Notes: a model not told the origin generated them from the letters alone. DNA of 64,000 bases from Bacillota bacterium (GCA_023410875.1 JAEYPH010000021.1:27544-91543); one strand, 5' to 3'. Shown: positions 35,899-45,557, counted from the stretch's first letter. Program-made: numbers and translations.

Positions 35899-37914
35899 TT
35901 ATTCCTCCTCTACAGACGTTTCATCCTCGGCATCGTCAGGCACATCCTCGGGGATGTCATAGCCCGGCGCCTCTTCGGGACCGGAGCCCTCAGTTGCCTG
36001 TTCCTCCTGCTGCGGCGCGCCCTGGTCCGGCTGCACGGCGTGCAGAAAGTTCCACACTGCCTGGGCGGCGGGCTTGCTCATGCCCGGCACAGCCGCCAGC
36101 TCTTCCACGGTGGCGGCCTCCATCAGCAGCGGCACGGGGTAAGCCTTGAGCAGCTCGTTGCGGCGCTTGGCGCCAATGCCGGGCACCTCTTCCAGCCGGC
36201 TTTTGAGCGTGCGGGCGCTGCGCAAGCTGCGGTGATAGGTGATGGCGAAGCGGTGGGCCTCGTCGCGCACGCGCTCCAGCAGGTGCAGCGCCGCCGAATT
36301 GCGCGCCAACACGATGGAATCCGGCCGGTCCTCCACAATGATCTCCTCGTTGCGCTTGGCCAGGCCCACGGCCGGGATGTGCCCCACACCCAGCGAGCGC
36401 ATGGCCTCCAGGCCGAACTGCAGCTGTATGCGCCCGCCGTCGATGAGCACCAGGTCCGGGAAGCGGGCGAACTTGGTAAGCGACAGGTCCATGCCCTCAG
36501 CCAACTGCTCGCGCTCCTCCAGCCCGTGGCGGAAGCGCCGGGTTAGCACTTCCTTCATGCTCTCAAAGTCGTTGGCGCCTTCCACGGTCTTGATGCGGAA
36601 GCGCCGGTATTGGCTGCGGGCGGGCTTGCCCTGCTCGAAGACGACCATGGACGCCACCGAATCGGTGCCCTGTATGTTGGAGATGTCGTAGCATTCGATG
36701 CGCACCGGCGGCGCCGGCAGGTTCAGAATGTCGCCCAGCGCCTTGGCCGCGCCGCCGGTGCGCTCCCACTCCCGCAGGCGGTTGTTGCGCTCGCGCTCCA
36801 TGCGCTCGCGGGCGTTGGTCTCGGCCATCTCCAGCAGGCGCACCTTCTCGCCTCGCTGGGGCACGGTCAGCTCCACCTTGCGGCCTGCCCGCCCGCGCAG
36901 ATAGTCGGCCAGCGCCTCGGCGTTGTCCGGCAGCTCCCGCAGCACCACGGCCCGGGGCAGCATCACGCCGTGCAGATAGAACTGCTCGATGAAGCTGCGC
37001 AGCACCTCGCCGGCGCTCTCATCCTCGGAGCCCTCCAGCAGGAAGCTTTCGGAGCCCACGATTTTGCCGCCGCGCATCAGCATCAGCTGCACCACGCTCT
37101 CGTTGCCCTCGGTGTGCACGCCCAGGATGTCCAGGTCCTCCTGCACAGTGGAGATCGCGGTCTGCTCGCCGGGCTTTAAGTCCAGCACGCTCTCGATGTG
37201 CAACACCTTATCGCGCAGCGCGGCGGCGCGCTCAAAATCCAGATTGTCGGAAGCCTGCTTCATCTGCGAGCGCAGGCTGGACACGATCTCCCCGTGCTGG
37301 CCCGAGAGGAAGCGGCACACCTCGCCCAGCACCTCATGGTAGCGCTCTTTGCTCACGTCGCCGGTGCACGGCCCCAGGCACAGGCCCAGCTGCAAGTTCA
37401 GGCACGGGCGCTCGCCCCGGGCGATGGACTTGCGGATGTCGCGGGTGCATGTGCGCAGCGGGAACACCCGGCGCACGACGTCCAGCGTCTGGCGCAGGGA
37501 GCCGGCGGCCAGATAGGGCCCGAAGAAGCGGGCACGGTCGCCTTTGTCCACCCGGCGCACGATCTCCAGCCGAGGGAACTCCTCCCTGAGGTTGATGCGC
37601 AGGTACGGGAAGTGCTTGCTGTCCTTGAGCAGGATGTTGTAGAAGGGCTTGTTCTTCTTGATCAGGTTGCTTTCCAGCATCAGCGCCTCGGCCTCGGACT
37701 TCACGACGATGTAGTCCAGGGACTCGATGTCCAGCACCATGCGGCGCACCTTGGGGTACTCTCTGTTGCTGCCGGGCTGGAAATATTGGCGCACCCGGTT
37801 GCGCAGCGAAACGGCCTTGCCCACGTAGATGATCTGGCCGTCGGCGTTCTTCATGATATACACGCCCGGGGTGTCGGGCAGGTTTTCAAGTGTGGTTTGC
37901 AGTTGGTCGTTCAT
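35899..37914 (-). CDS. uvrC: Excinuclease ABC subunit C, with an acidic C-terminal tail
   Basis: GIY-YIG N-terminus (PGVYIMKNADGQIIYVGKA), a UVR domain, an endonuclease domain and C-terminal HhH (PGIGAKRRNELL). About 55 extra acidic residues end in ...DDAEDETSVEEE. Confidence 0.95.
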   Translation of the reverse strand: MNDQLQTTLENLPDTPGVYIMKNADGQIIYVGKAVSLRNRVRQYFQPGSNREYPKVRRMVLDIESLDYIVVKSEAEALMLESNLIKKNKPFYNILLKDSKHFPYLRINLREEFPRLEIVRRVDKGDRARFFGPYLAAGSLRQTLDVVRRVFPLRTCTRDIRKSIARGERPCLNLQLGLCLGPCTGDVSKERYHEVLGEVCRFLSGQHGEIVSSLRSQMKQASDNLDFERAAALRDKVLHIESVLDLKPGEQTAISTVQEDLDILGVHTEGNESVVQLMLMRGGKIVGSESFLLEGSEDESAGEVLRSFIEQFYLHGVMLPRAVVLRELPDNAEALADYLRGRAGRKVELTVPQRGEKVRLLEMAETNARERMERERNNRLREWERTGGAAKALGDILNLPAPPVRIECYDISNIQGTDSVASMVVFEQGKPARSQYRRFRIKTVEGANDFESMKEVLTRRFRHGLEEREQLAEGMDLSLTKFARFPDLVLIDGGRIQLQFGLEAMRSLGVGHIPAVGLAKRNEEIIVEDRPDSIVLARNSAALHLLERVRDEAHRFAITYHRSLRSARTLKSRLEEVPGIGAKRRNELLKAYPVPLLMEAATVEELAAVPGMSKPAAQAVWNFLHAVQPDQGAPQQEEQATEGSGPEEAPGYDIPEDVPDDAEDETSVEEE

Positions 37915-37932
37915 GCTTTCCTTTCAAAGGGA

Positions 37933-37995
37933 AATTTCGCGCCTGCGGGCGCGACCAAAGGGCTTTCCGGTCGCCCTTTGGAAACCTTCGGCACC
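37933..37995 (-). repeat. Dispersed two-hairpin intergenic repeat, copy 4
   Basis: rc reads GGTGCCGAAGGTTTCC-[CCAAAGGGC GACCGGAAA GCCCTTTGG]-[TCGCGCC CGCA GGCGCGA]-AAT. Confidence 0.8.
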
Positions 37996-38037
37996 TTCTC
38001 TTTGAAGAAGCAACAAAGAGATAAGCCTTTCAGGTTA

Positions 38038-39333
38038 TCACTTCACATCCAGCCCTTTAGCCGCTTCCTGGATATCCCGGGGGTCAGGCTGCTCCTCGGC
38101 GTAGCGGGCAAGGGCGTAGCTGCGGCTGAGCGCCTGCATGCCGTCGGTGCGCTGGGCGGCCAGAATCTCCCGGGCCGTGGCCCCCGGCGGGGGCAGGGCG
38201 TCGCGCTGGCACAGGCGGCGCAGCAGCTCGCGGAACAAGAAACGCGCCCGCTCGGCGTCGGTCGCAAAATCCGAAAGCTTGGGCCGAGGCCGGAAGCGCC
38301 GGGCGAAGCGGTTCCATTGCTCGCCGACCTGGGCCAGCGCGCTGCGCACCGAGAGCAGGCTTTCGCTGCGGTCGTGGTAGGCGGCGTCGTCGTCCGCCCA
38401 CGTGCCAAAGAGCGCCCGCAGCCTCTGGGCGATGGCCTTCCACAGCCGGGGCGCGCCCTTATAGATGCCATAGAGCAGCAGCGCCGCACAGCCCAGCACG
38501 ATGACCACGGTTATGATGCCCAACAAAATCTGCTGCCACAGCGGCTGATCCTGGGCATCCACCGGCGGCAGCCCCATGTCCGGCTGTCCGTTGCCCTCCC
38601 CCGGCTCCATGGGCGTCTGGGCCATCAGATGGTTGATCAGCCACAGATAGGCGGCGATCAGCCATCGCCACGCGGCGTCCAGCGCGGTGGACAGCCACCG
38701 GCCGATGGCCTGGGCCAGCGAGAGCAGGAAAGCCGCCACCAAGAAAACCGTGGTGCCGACGAACCCGGCGCGGCGGGTGCCCGCAGGCACCTCGCGCTGG
38801 GCGCCTGCCCGGGCGGCGCGGCGCAGCGACAAGCGGTTGAGAAGCAGCATAGCCGACACAAACCACCCACACCCCAGCGCCGAGAGCACCGCCCACGCCT
38901 GGGGCAAGGGGGCGCCGGTCATGTGCACATGCATCCACAGCAGCAGGCAGGAGCCCAGCAGCGTGCCCAGCGGCAGCAGCAGCGCCTGGCTGACCGTGCC
39001 ATCGCCGGCGCGCAAAGCGCAGCGTTCCACGATCAGCGTAAACAGCATGCCCACGGCCAGCACGACATAGCGCAACCACGGCCACTGCAGGCGCAGCGGC
39101 AGCAGCAGCGCCGCGCCCGCCGCCAGCGCTGCGCACAGCACAATGTGCACCGCCGCCGGCGCCCGGCTCAGCAAACGCGCGAGGACGATAGCCGCCGCGG
39201 CGCAGCCCAGGCCATACAGCAGCAGCGTGACAGCGCCATCCATACCGGCGCCCAGCGCCAGCGCCAGCACAAAGACCAGCGGCAGCGCCGTGAAGGCCGC
39301 AGCCATGCCGCGGCCCAGTTTTTCCTCAACCAT
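38038..39333 (-). CDS. Polytopic membrane protein with a C-terminal DUF4129-like domain
   Basis: 431 aa. Multiple TM segments and a soluble C-terminal domain ending ...SRSYALARYAEEQ. Last gene of the MoxR/DUF58 operon. Confidence 0.7.
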   Translation of the reverse strand: MVEEKLGRGMAAAFTALPLVFVLALALGAGMDGAVTLLLYGLGCAAAAIVLARLLSRAPAAVHIVLCAALAAGAALLLPLRLQWPWLRYVVLAVGMLFTLIVERCALRAGDGTVSQALLLPLGTLLGSCLLLWMHVHMTGAPLPQAWAVLSALGCGWFVSAMLLLNRLSLRRAARAGAQREVPAGTRRAGFVGTTVFLVAAFLLSLAQAIGRWLSTALDAAWRWLIAAYLWLINHLMAQTPMEPGEGNGQPDMGLPPVDAQDQPLWQQILLGIITVVIVLGCAALLLYGIYKGAPRLWKAIAQRLRALFGTWADDDAAYHDRSESLLSVRSALAQVGEQWNRFARRFRPRPKLSDFATDAERARFLFRELLRRLCQRDALPPPGATAREILAAQRTDGMQALSRSYALARYAEEQPDPRDIQEAAKGLDVK

Positions 39334-40420
39334 CGCCCTGCGCGCCTCCTTTGGGGTTCACCCAGGTCACCGAATTGTCCATACGGCGCAGGCGTCCGGC
39401 CCTCTCCTCCAGCAGCGTGCTCCAATAGCTGGAGATCACCACGATGTCGCAGCCCACGACGCCCCGGGGGATCACCTCATCATCCAGCCACGTTGCGAAG
39501 CTGCGCCGGCGGACGATCTTGACCCTCGCCATGGTTTCCAGCATCTGCATCAGGTGCCCCTGGCCGCCGCCCAGCCCCACTTCCACGACCGAATCGTCCA
39601 TGACCGAATAGCGGCCATTGCACAGGAAGGCGGTTTCCACTCCGTTCTTCTGAGCCCACGCGGCGTAGGTGGCCGCCAGCGCCAGGTTCTCCTCTATGGG
39701 CACGGTCTGCTCGTCGGAGAGCTCCCCCCACTGCTCGTCGGAGAGCTGCATGTTGACCAGCAGCATGAGCCTGGGGCTGGCGGTATAGTCGCGGGTCTTC
39801 ACCTTCAAAGCGCCAGTGCGGGCGGTGGCCGCCCAGTGCACATCGCGCAGGCTGTCTCCGGGGCGATAGCCCCGGATGCCGTTGACCAAAAAGGGGTCGG
39901 GCTCGATGAACCGGCGCACGACAACATCACCCTGCCACCGCCGGGAGGGCACGTACAGGGCGTTGAACTCCAGGATGCGCGGATAGACCAGCAGCTCCAG
40001 ATGGTTCTCCACTGTTCTGGTGCACTCCGCCATACCCAACAGGTCTCCGCAGGTCAGCGCAACGCTGTCTATACGGTAGCAGCCCCGGCGCAGGCATGTG
40101 ACCTCGTGGGTGCGGGTGATCTTGCGCCACGGCGCCAGCGTGAACAGGCTGCGGTGGTAGAGATCGCTGGCGATGGCCAGGTTCTCCTGGCGGGCGAAGC
40201 GCAGCCACTGGCTCATGCGCGCCTCCACCCGCAGCCACGGCACCGGCAGCAGTTTGGCGTTGGAGAGCTCCTCCACCATGAGCACCTTCTGCCCTTCGTA
40301 TACGGCGCGCTCGGAGAAGGAGCGCCGGTATACGATGCCGCGCAGCCCAAAGAGGCGCACCAGCACGACTTGCACTGCGCTTAGGACCATGGCGGCCAGC
40401 AGCAGCAGGAAGAGGCTCAT
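39326..40420 (-). CDS. DUF58 domain protein (vWA-like MoxR partner)
   Basis: The ORF-track 561-aa ORF is over-extended. The real start is ATG 40420, which has an ATGA overlap with the moxR stop. N-terminal TM MSLFLLLLAAMVLSAV and the DUF58-like motif GYRPGDSLRDVHW. Confidence 0.8.
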   Translation of the reverse strand: MSLFLLLLAAMVLSAVQVVLVRLFGLRGIVYRRSFSERAVYEGQKVLMVEELSNAKLLPVPWLRVEARMSQWLRFARQENLAIASDLYHRSLFTLAPWRKITRTHEVTCLRRGCYRIDSVALTCGDLLGMAECTRTVENHLELLVYPRILEFNALYVPSRRWQGDVVVRRFIEPDPFLVNGIRGYRPGDSLRDVHWAATARTGALKVKTRDYTASPRLMLLVNMQLSDEQWGELSDEQTVPIEENLALAATYAAWAQKNGVETAFLCNGRYSVMDDSVVEVGLGGGQGHLMQMLETMARVKIVRRRSFATWLDDEVIPRGVVGCDIVVISSYWSTLLEERAGRLRRMDNSVTWVNPKGGAQGDG

Positions 40421-41379
40421 GCCTCGTCCTCCGCCGCCTCCGTGGGCGTGCGCACGATGCCCAGCACCCGCTCCACGACGTCCTCGGAAGCCCGCCCGCC
40501 GCCGCCGAACTGGTTGCGGCAGATGATGCGGTGGGACAGCACGCTGCGGGCAACGGCCTTCACGTCGTCGGGCTGCACAAATCCTCTGCCATCCATGGCG
40601 GCCCAGGCCTGGGCGGCGCGCATCAGCGCCAGGCTGCCGCGGGGGCTCACACCCAGCAGCACGGCCTCGGCGACGCGGGTGTGCTCCACGATCTGCACGA
40701 TGTAGCGGCGCACATCCTGGGCCACCTTCACGGCGCTCACCGCCCGCTGGCCGGCCAGGATGTCCGCGGCGTCGGCCACCGGCTGCAGAGCATCCAGCGG
40801 GTTCTCGCTCTGGAAGCGGCCCAGCACTGCCACGCCCTCCTCGGTGGAGGGGTAGCCCATGCGGGCCTTCAGGAAGAAGCGGTCCAACTGCGCCTCGGGC
40901 AGCGGGAAGGTGCCCTGGGTCTCGATGGGGTTCTGCGTGGCGACAACCAGGAAGGGCAGGCCGAGCGCGTAGGTGGTGCCGTCCACGGTGACCTGGCGCT
41001 CCTCCATGCATTCCAGCAGCGCCGACTGGCTGCGGGGCGTGGCGCGGTTGATCTCGTCGGCCAGCACGATGTTGGCGAACACCGGGCCCCGCTGGAAGCG
41101 GAACTCCACGGCCTTGGGGTCGAAGATGCTCATGCCGGTGATGTCGCTGGGCAGCAGGTCCGGCGTGAACTGGATGCGCTTGAAATCCAGGCTCAGGGAG
41201 CGGGCCACGGCCTTGGCCAGCATGGTCTTGCCGGTGCCGGGCACGTCCTCCAGCAGCACGTGGCCGGCGCTCAACATGGCTGTCAGCAGCAGGCGCACAG
41301 TGTCGTCGCGGCCCACAATGACGCGGGCAATGTTGTCGCGCAGGCGCGCGGCCAGGGAGGCTACGGAATCCATGCTCAT
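40417..41379 (-). CDS. MoxR-family AAA+ ATPase
   Basis: Walker A LLEDVPGTGKTMLAKAVA, Walker B NIVLADEINRA, and PLPEAQLDRF. Confidence 0.92.
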   Translation of the reverse strand: MSMDSVASLAARLRDNIARVIVGRDDTVRLLLTAMLSAGHVLLEDVPGTGKTMLAKAVARSLSLDFKRIQFTPDLLPSDITGMSIFDPKAVEFRFQRGPVFANIVLADEINRATPRSQSALLECMEERQVTVDGTTYALGLPFLVVATQNPIETQGTFPLPEAQLDRFFLKARMGYPSTEEGVAVLGRFQSENPLDALQPVADAADILAGQRAVSAVKVAQDVRRYIVQIVEHTRVAEAVLLGVSPRGSLALMRAAQAWAAMDGRGFVQPDDVKAVARSVLSHRIICRNQFGGGGRASEDVVERVLGIVRTPTEAAEDEA

Positions 41380-41406
41380 ATCGGCACCTCTAAAATCGTT
41401 TTTATC

Positions 41407-41412
41407 ATTATA
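41407..41412 (-). promoter_or_regulatory. Candidate extended -10 element (TGTTATAAT) upstream of moxR
   Basis: Minus strand reads CTGTTATAATGAT about 28 nt upstream of the ATG. The -35 is poor. Confidence 0.3.
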
Positions 41413-41474
41413 ACAGAAAGAATTGCTATGGGCGCAGGGAATTGGGATAGCCGTCTATACCCGCGACGCGGGCG

Positions 41475-42248
41475 CTAGCGCTCGGCGGCCTGGCGAAAGT
41501 GCTCGGAAATCGCTGTATACAGCGCGTCAAATTCCGGCTCCACGGTGCACACGTGGCGGCTCTTCTCCAGGCGCAAGATGCGCTTGGACGCGCAGCGGGT
41601 GGCCCCGCCGTATATGATCTGCGGGCTGTCGGCGCGCACGGTGCGGTCCAGATCGCCCTGCACGATGAGCAGCGGGCACGTGATGCGGCTTAGACCCCGC
41701 TCGGCCATGCGCATCAGCCGCAGCAGGTCGGGAATTTTGCGGATGGGCGTGTCGCGATAGCCAAGGTCATAGGGGCTGGGCTTATGGTCAGGGTCGCCGC
41801 GCCAGCGCTGGTAGCGCATCACATGCTTGGCCAGAAAGGCAAAATAGGCCGTCCGGTTGATAAGCCGCATGGGCGCGGCGATGCTGACGACGGCCTGCAG
41901 CGGCTGCTCCTGAGCCAATATCAGGCTGAGCACGCCGCCCATGGAAAGGCCCGCAACGTAGATTTCGTCGCACGTGGCGGCCAGCCGATGGAAGCCGTCG
42001 CGCACATCGCGCAGCCAATCGCTCCAGCGGAAGCGCTCCATGTCCTCTATCGTTGTGCCATGGCCGCTCAGGCACACGCCCAGCACGGTGTAACCCTCCT
42101 TGTGCAGCGCCTCGCCCAGCGGGCGCAGGTGGGCCGGCGTGCCGGTGAAGCCGTGAATCAGCAGCACGCCGCGGCGGTCGCCGCGGAAAAAGAACTGCCT
42201 GGCCAGTTCACTGTCGATGGGCGGCTCCGGTTGTCTGCGGGGTATCAT
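41475..42248 (-). CDS. Alpha/beta hydrolase (carboxylesterase/monoacylglycerol-lipase-like)
   Basis: Trimmed to ATG 42248, which has an ATGA overlap with the upstream gene. VLLIHGFTGTP and the nucleophile elbow GLSMGG. Confidence 0.8.
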   Translation of the reverse strand: MIPRRQPEPPIDSELARQFFFRGDRRGVLLIHGFTGTPAHLRPLGEALHKEGYTVLGVCLSGHGTTIEDMERFRWSDWLRDVRDGFHRLAATCDEIYVAGLSMGGVLSLILAQEQPLQAVVSIAAPMRLINRTAYFAFLAKHVMRYQRWRGDPDHKPSPYDLGYRDTPIRKIPDLLRLMRMAERGLSRITCPLLIVQGDLDRTVRADSPQIIYGGATRCASKRILRLEKSRHVCTVEPEFDALYTAISEHFRQAAER

Positions 42249-42862
42249 CGGTCCTCCTCCTGGCAGGCAATGCCCTCCCGCAGCAGGTGGTCCCGTAGCG
42301 AGTACAAATCCTGCTGATAGATTTCGGCCAACGCGCGGTTGTAGATGACGCTGGCCGGGTGATACAGCGGAAACAGCGTGAAGCCCTCGGCCTCCAGTGG
42401 CCGGCCATGGCACGCGCCAATCGTCACGGTGGCGTCCCGGCACAGTGCCCGCAGTGCCACGTTGCCCAGCGTCACAGCCACGCGGGGGGCCACAATGGCC
42501 AGCTCCTCCCGCAGCAGCGGCGCACACAGCTCAATCTCCTGCCGGCTGGGCGGCCGGTTGGAGAGCGAACCCCGGGTGGGGTGCACGCGCACCGGGCGGA
42601 ACTTCACGACATTGGTCAGATAGATGGCCTCCCGCGCCACGCCCAGCGTGGCCAGGAACCCGTCCAGATTCTTGCCCGCCTTGCCCACGAAGGGCCGGCG
42701 TTGGTTCGTCTCGTGCTCGCCGGGGGCCTCCCCCACCAGCGCCAGCGCCGCATCGGGGTCGCCCGCGCCATACACCGGTATGGGGCCTTCGCCCAGCGCC
42801 CGGCGCAACTGCGCCTCCCAGAGCTCCCTGGCCGCGGCCAAACTAAGCTGCTTGTCGCTCAT
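42245..42862 (-). CDS. Uracil-DNA glycosylase superfamily protein, family-4-like but lacking the N-terminal Cys pair
   Basis: Motif A GEAPGEHE, FVGKAGKNLD, and motif B LYHPASVIYN. No CxxC near the N-terminus. Confidence 0.8.
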   Translation of the reverse strand: MSDKQLSLAAARELWEAQLRRALGEGPIPVYGAGDPDAALALVGEAPGEHETNQRRPFVGKAGKNLDGFLATLGVAREAIYLTNVVKFRPVRVHPTRGSLSNRPPSRQEIELCAPLLREELAIVAPRVAVTLGNVALRALCRDATVTIGACHGRPLEAEGFTLFPLYHPASVIYNRALAEIYQQDLYSLRDHLLREGIACQEEDR

Positions 42863-43440
42863 GGCCTGCCCTCCCCTTGGTCCAGCCGGGTGCGAAGCAG
42901 CTTCAAGTCCCGCCAGGAGTCGATCATGAGCCCATCGTTGCGCAGCAGCGCCGCCGGGTGATAGGTCGCCAGCATCGCATACCCCTTGCGCTCAATCCAC
43001 CGCCCCCTGGCCTGGGTGACCTTGGCCTGCGGGTCGATGATATATCGGCAGGCCACCGTGCCCAGGCACACGAGTATTTTGGCGTCCACGAGCTTGAGCT
43101 GGCGGCGCAGGAAGGGCAGGCAGGCCTTGGCCTCGCTGTCCTCGGGGTTGCGGTTGTCCGGCGGGCGGCATTTTACAATGTTGGCGATGTACACGCCGGT
43201 GCGGTCCAGGCCGATGGCTTCCAGCATGCGGTCCAGCAGCTGCCCGGCGGCCCCCACGAAGGGCTTGCCCTGGCGGTCTTCCTCGGCGCCCGGCCCCTCG
43301 CCGATCAGCATGACCGGCGCGTCGGGGTTGCCGTCGCCCACGACGGCATGCTGCCGCCCCTCGCACAAGCGGCAGGCGCGGCAGGCTTCCACTTCTTTAT
43401 AAAACTGTTCCCATTGTTGGGCTTTGTTCTCTTGATCCAT
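42859..43440 (-). CDS. Uracil-DNA glycosylase, family 4 (Fe-S type)
   Basis: CRACRLC near the N-terminus, motif [20 protein letters not shown], and motif [11 protein letters not shown]. Start uncertain: ATG 43440 or TTG 43476. Confidence 0.85.
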   Translation of the reverse strand: MDQENKAQQWEQFYKEVEACRACRLCEGRQHAVVGDGNPDAPVMLIGEGPGAEEDRQGKPFVGAAGQLLDRMLEAIGLDRTGVYIANIVKCRPPDNRNPEDSEAKACLPFLRRQLKLVDAKILVCLGTVACRYIIDPQAKVTQARGRWIERKGYAMLATYHPAALLRNDGLMIDSWRDLKLLRTRLDQGEGRP

Positions 43441-43503
43441 CCAAACAATTGTAGAACAATGGGGTATTTCGCGCAACAGGGGTATAAGGAGTATAAATAG
43501 ATA

Positions 43504-43598
43504 GGGAGATTCTTCGGTCGCTAAGCGCCCTCAGAATGACAGAACCGGGTGTAACTGACACTCCGTTCTGTCATTCTGAGCGCAGCGAAGAATCTCCC
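43504..43598. repeat. Roughly 95-bp inverted-repeat hairpin element
   Basis: The left arm GGGAGATTCTTCGGTCGCTAAGCGCCCTCAGAATGACAGAAC pairs imperfectly with the right arm GTTCTGTCATTCTGAGCGCAGCGAAGAATCTCCC. Lies directly downstream of sigE. Confidence 0.7.
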
Positions 43599-43606
43599 TT
43601 TACAAA

Positions 43607-44317
43607 TTAGGCCATCTTTGACATTTCTCTCTTGAGCCTTGAGATAATCCTTTTCTCCAATCTGGATATGTAGGACTGCGAGATGCCCAGCATCACGGCG
43701 ACTTCCTTCTGAGTCTTCTTGGTCACGCCGGACAGGCCAAAGCGCATCTGCACGATGGAGCGCTCCCGGGCGTTGAGCCGCAACATGGCCAGGCGCAGCA
43801 GCTGGCGGTCCACGTCGCCCTCGATGCTTTGGTACACCAGGTCATTTTCGGTACCCAGGATATCGCTTAGCAGCAGCTCGTTGCCGTCCCAATCCACGTT
43901 GAGAGGCTCGTCAAAGCTGACTTCCGAGCGGGTGCGGGCGCTGCGGCGCAGGTGCATGAGGATCTCGTTCTCGATACAGCGGGAGGCGTAAGTGGCCAGC
44001 TTGATCTTCTTTACCGGGTCGAAGGTGTTCACGGCCTTGATGAGGCCGATGGTGCCGATGGAGATCAAATCCTCCAACCCCACGCCGGTGTTGTCGAACT
44101 TGCGGGCGATGTACACGACCAGCCGCAGGTTGCGCTCGATGAGCAGCGGGCGCACGCTTTCGTCGCCATCCCGCAGCTGCAGGAGGTACTCGGCCTCCTC
44201 CCGAGGCTTGAGCGGAGGAGGCAAGGGCTGACTGCCCTCGACGTAGTAGACGCCCTGCGCCAGCCTGCCGTAGACGCGCCGCAGCAGCGCCTGGAACCAC
44301 CGGATGAACATGATCAT
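43607..44317 (-). CDS. sigE: Sporulation sigma factor SigE (pro-sigma-E)
   Basis: Pro-sequence followed by [18 protein letters not shown], then [16 protein letters not shown] and [17 protein letters not shown]. Lies downstream of spoIIGA. Confidence 0.9.
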   Translation of the reverse strand: MIMFIRWFQALLRRVYGRLAQGVYYVEGSQPLPPPLKPREEAEYLLQLRDGDESVRPLLIERNLRLVVYIARKFDNTGVGLEDLISIGTIGLIKAVNTFDPVKKIKLATYASRCIENEILMHLRRSARTRSEVSFDEPLNVDWDGNELLLSDILGTENDLVYQSIEGDVDRQLLRLAMLRLNARERSIVQMRFGLSGVTKKTQKEVAVMLGISQSYISRLEKRIISRLKREMSKMA

Positions 44318-44455
44318 AGGGTTACCTCCTCAACCGTCACTCCGAAGAGTCAAACTGCATAGACTATAGTGGGAGTCCTTGCGGGGCAACAAACTTGTAC
44401 GCGGCATCTGTCGCTGCTCCTATAGCGGCGGAGCTGCTATCACACATTGCCTGCA

Positions 44456-45250
44456 CTACTGCAAGGCGGCAGGAGGCAGCAGCGCCTCTGCCCCGCCATA
44501 CAGCCCTTCCGCGCTGGCTGCCACATACATGGCCCCGGCGTCATGCCAGCGTCCTCGCTCGCGCACCAACGTGCGCTCGGCCAGCACGGCCTTCATGCTG
44601 GCGGGGCCAGTCACAGTCCTGTAGGGGATCTCGATACAATCGCCCGCCGTGTGCAGCACACGGGCGCCCAGCGCCGCGTCCACGATCATCACCGGTAAGC
44701 CGCTGATGGGCTCATAGAGCAGGTTGCCGGTGTCCAACAGCGCCTCCAAGCGCAAAGGGCGGCCTGCGCACCATGCCCGCACGGCATAATGGTTGCCGCC
44801 GGCGCCCCGGCGGCGCACGGCCTTGGCCGCCAGCGCCGCCATTGCCCCCGTGCCAAACACACACAGCAGCAGCGCATTGTGGCCCACGATCAGAGAACCA
44901 CCCAGTGGCCGGGCGCCGTCCAGCAGCACGCCTGCGGCCAGCGCCGCGCCGCCCCCCACTGCCGTGACCGCCACCAGCACGCCAAGGCAGCGCAGATAGG
45001 CCAGCGGGCTGCGGGGCTTCCAGCCCAACGCCGCCATCGCCATGCATAAGAGCCCCTTGGCCGGCAAGGTGTTCAGCGCCGAGCAGAAGGGCAGCAGCAT
45101 AGCCGCCGCGTACAGGCCGCCCAATGCCGAAGTCAGCAGATAGCGCCACAGGCGGGCGCGTTCGCCGGCCAGCCTGCCGACGATCACCAGCGTGAGCAGG
45201 TCGATCACGAAATTGAGTCCGAAGACCGGTTCCAGATAAACCTTGCCCAT
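44456..45250 (-). CDS. spoIIGA: Sigma-E processing peptidase SpoIIGA
   Basis: Polytopic N-terminal half and a C-terminal aspartic protease motif, LLDTGNLLYEPISGLPV. Confidence 0.88.
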   Translation of the reverse strand: MGKVYLEPVFGLNFVIDLLTLVIVGRLAGERARLWRYLLTSALGGLYAAAMLLPFCSALNTLPAKGLLCMAMAALGWKPRSPLAYLRCLGVLVAVTAVGGGAALAAGVLLDGARPLGGSLIVGHNALLLCVFGTGAMAALAAKAVRRRGAGGNHYAVRAWCAGRPLRLEALLDTGNLLYEPISGLPVMIVDAALGARVLHTAGDCIEIPYRTVTGPASMKAVLAERTLVRERGRWHDAGAMYVAASAEGLYGGAEALLPPAALQ

Positions 45251-45557
45251 GCAGCGCTACCCTCGCCAATCACTGTGTGGACTTATTCTAATATAGTGCT
45301 GTCGGAGAAAATGCAGAACAGCGCGGGGAAAAAATGCTTGTTTTGGTCGGAGGAGCCGCAGGCTTTGCGGGATAGCGGCGAACAGTGCCCGCGGGCAATG
45401 CTCGCCGCTATAGGAGCAAAGCCGGTCGTCGCCTCCGGCGACGAGCATCGCCGCCAGATGGCGGCGATTGGATATACCACAAAAGTCTTCTGCCTGCTAC
45501 AATGTCCGCCGTTCGTGCTGTGGTCTTCTCTCGGGGGCGAACAGGCGAGCCAGATCG

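Noticed and set aside
39326-41011. 561-aa ORF-track ORF, which would imply a very long DUF58 protein overlapping moxR.
   Set aside because: The N-terminal 197 residues are Arg/Gly/Pro-rich shadow sequence overlapping the well-supported MoxR frame. ATG 40420 gives a typical DUF58 N-terminal TM segment and an ATGA coupling to the moxR stop.
38038-41379. MoxR-DUF58-DUF4129 operon as a candidate novel system.
   Set aside because: This three-gene arrangement is widespread and already described, although its function is still unclear. Nothing is atypical here apart from the repeat element at its 3' end.
45290-45306. Spo0A box-like TGTCGGA and a TATATT -10 upstream of spoIIGA.
   Set aside because: There is a single 0A-like heptamer with one mismatch, placed only about 5 nt from the putative -10. 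That does not match the known spoIIG promoter geometry, so the evidence is too weak to call.
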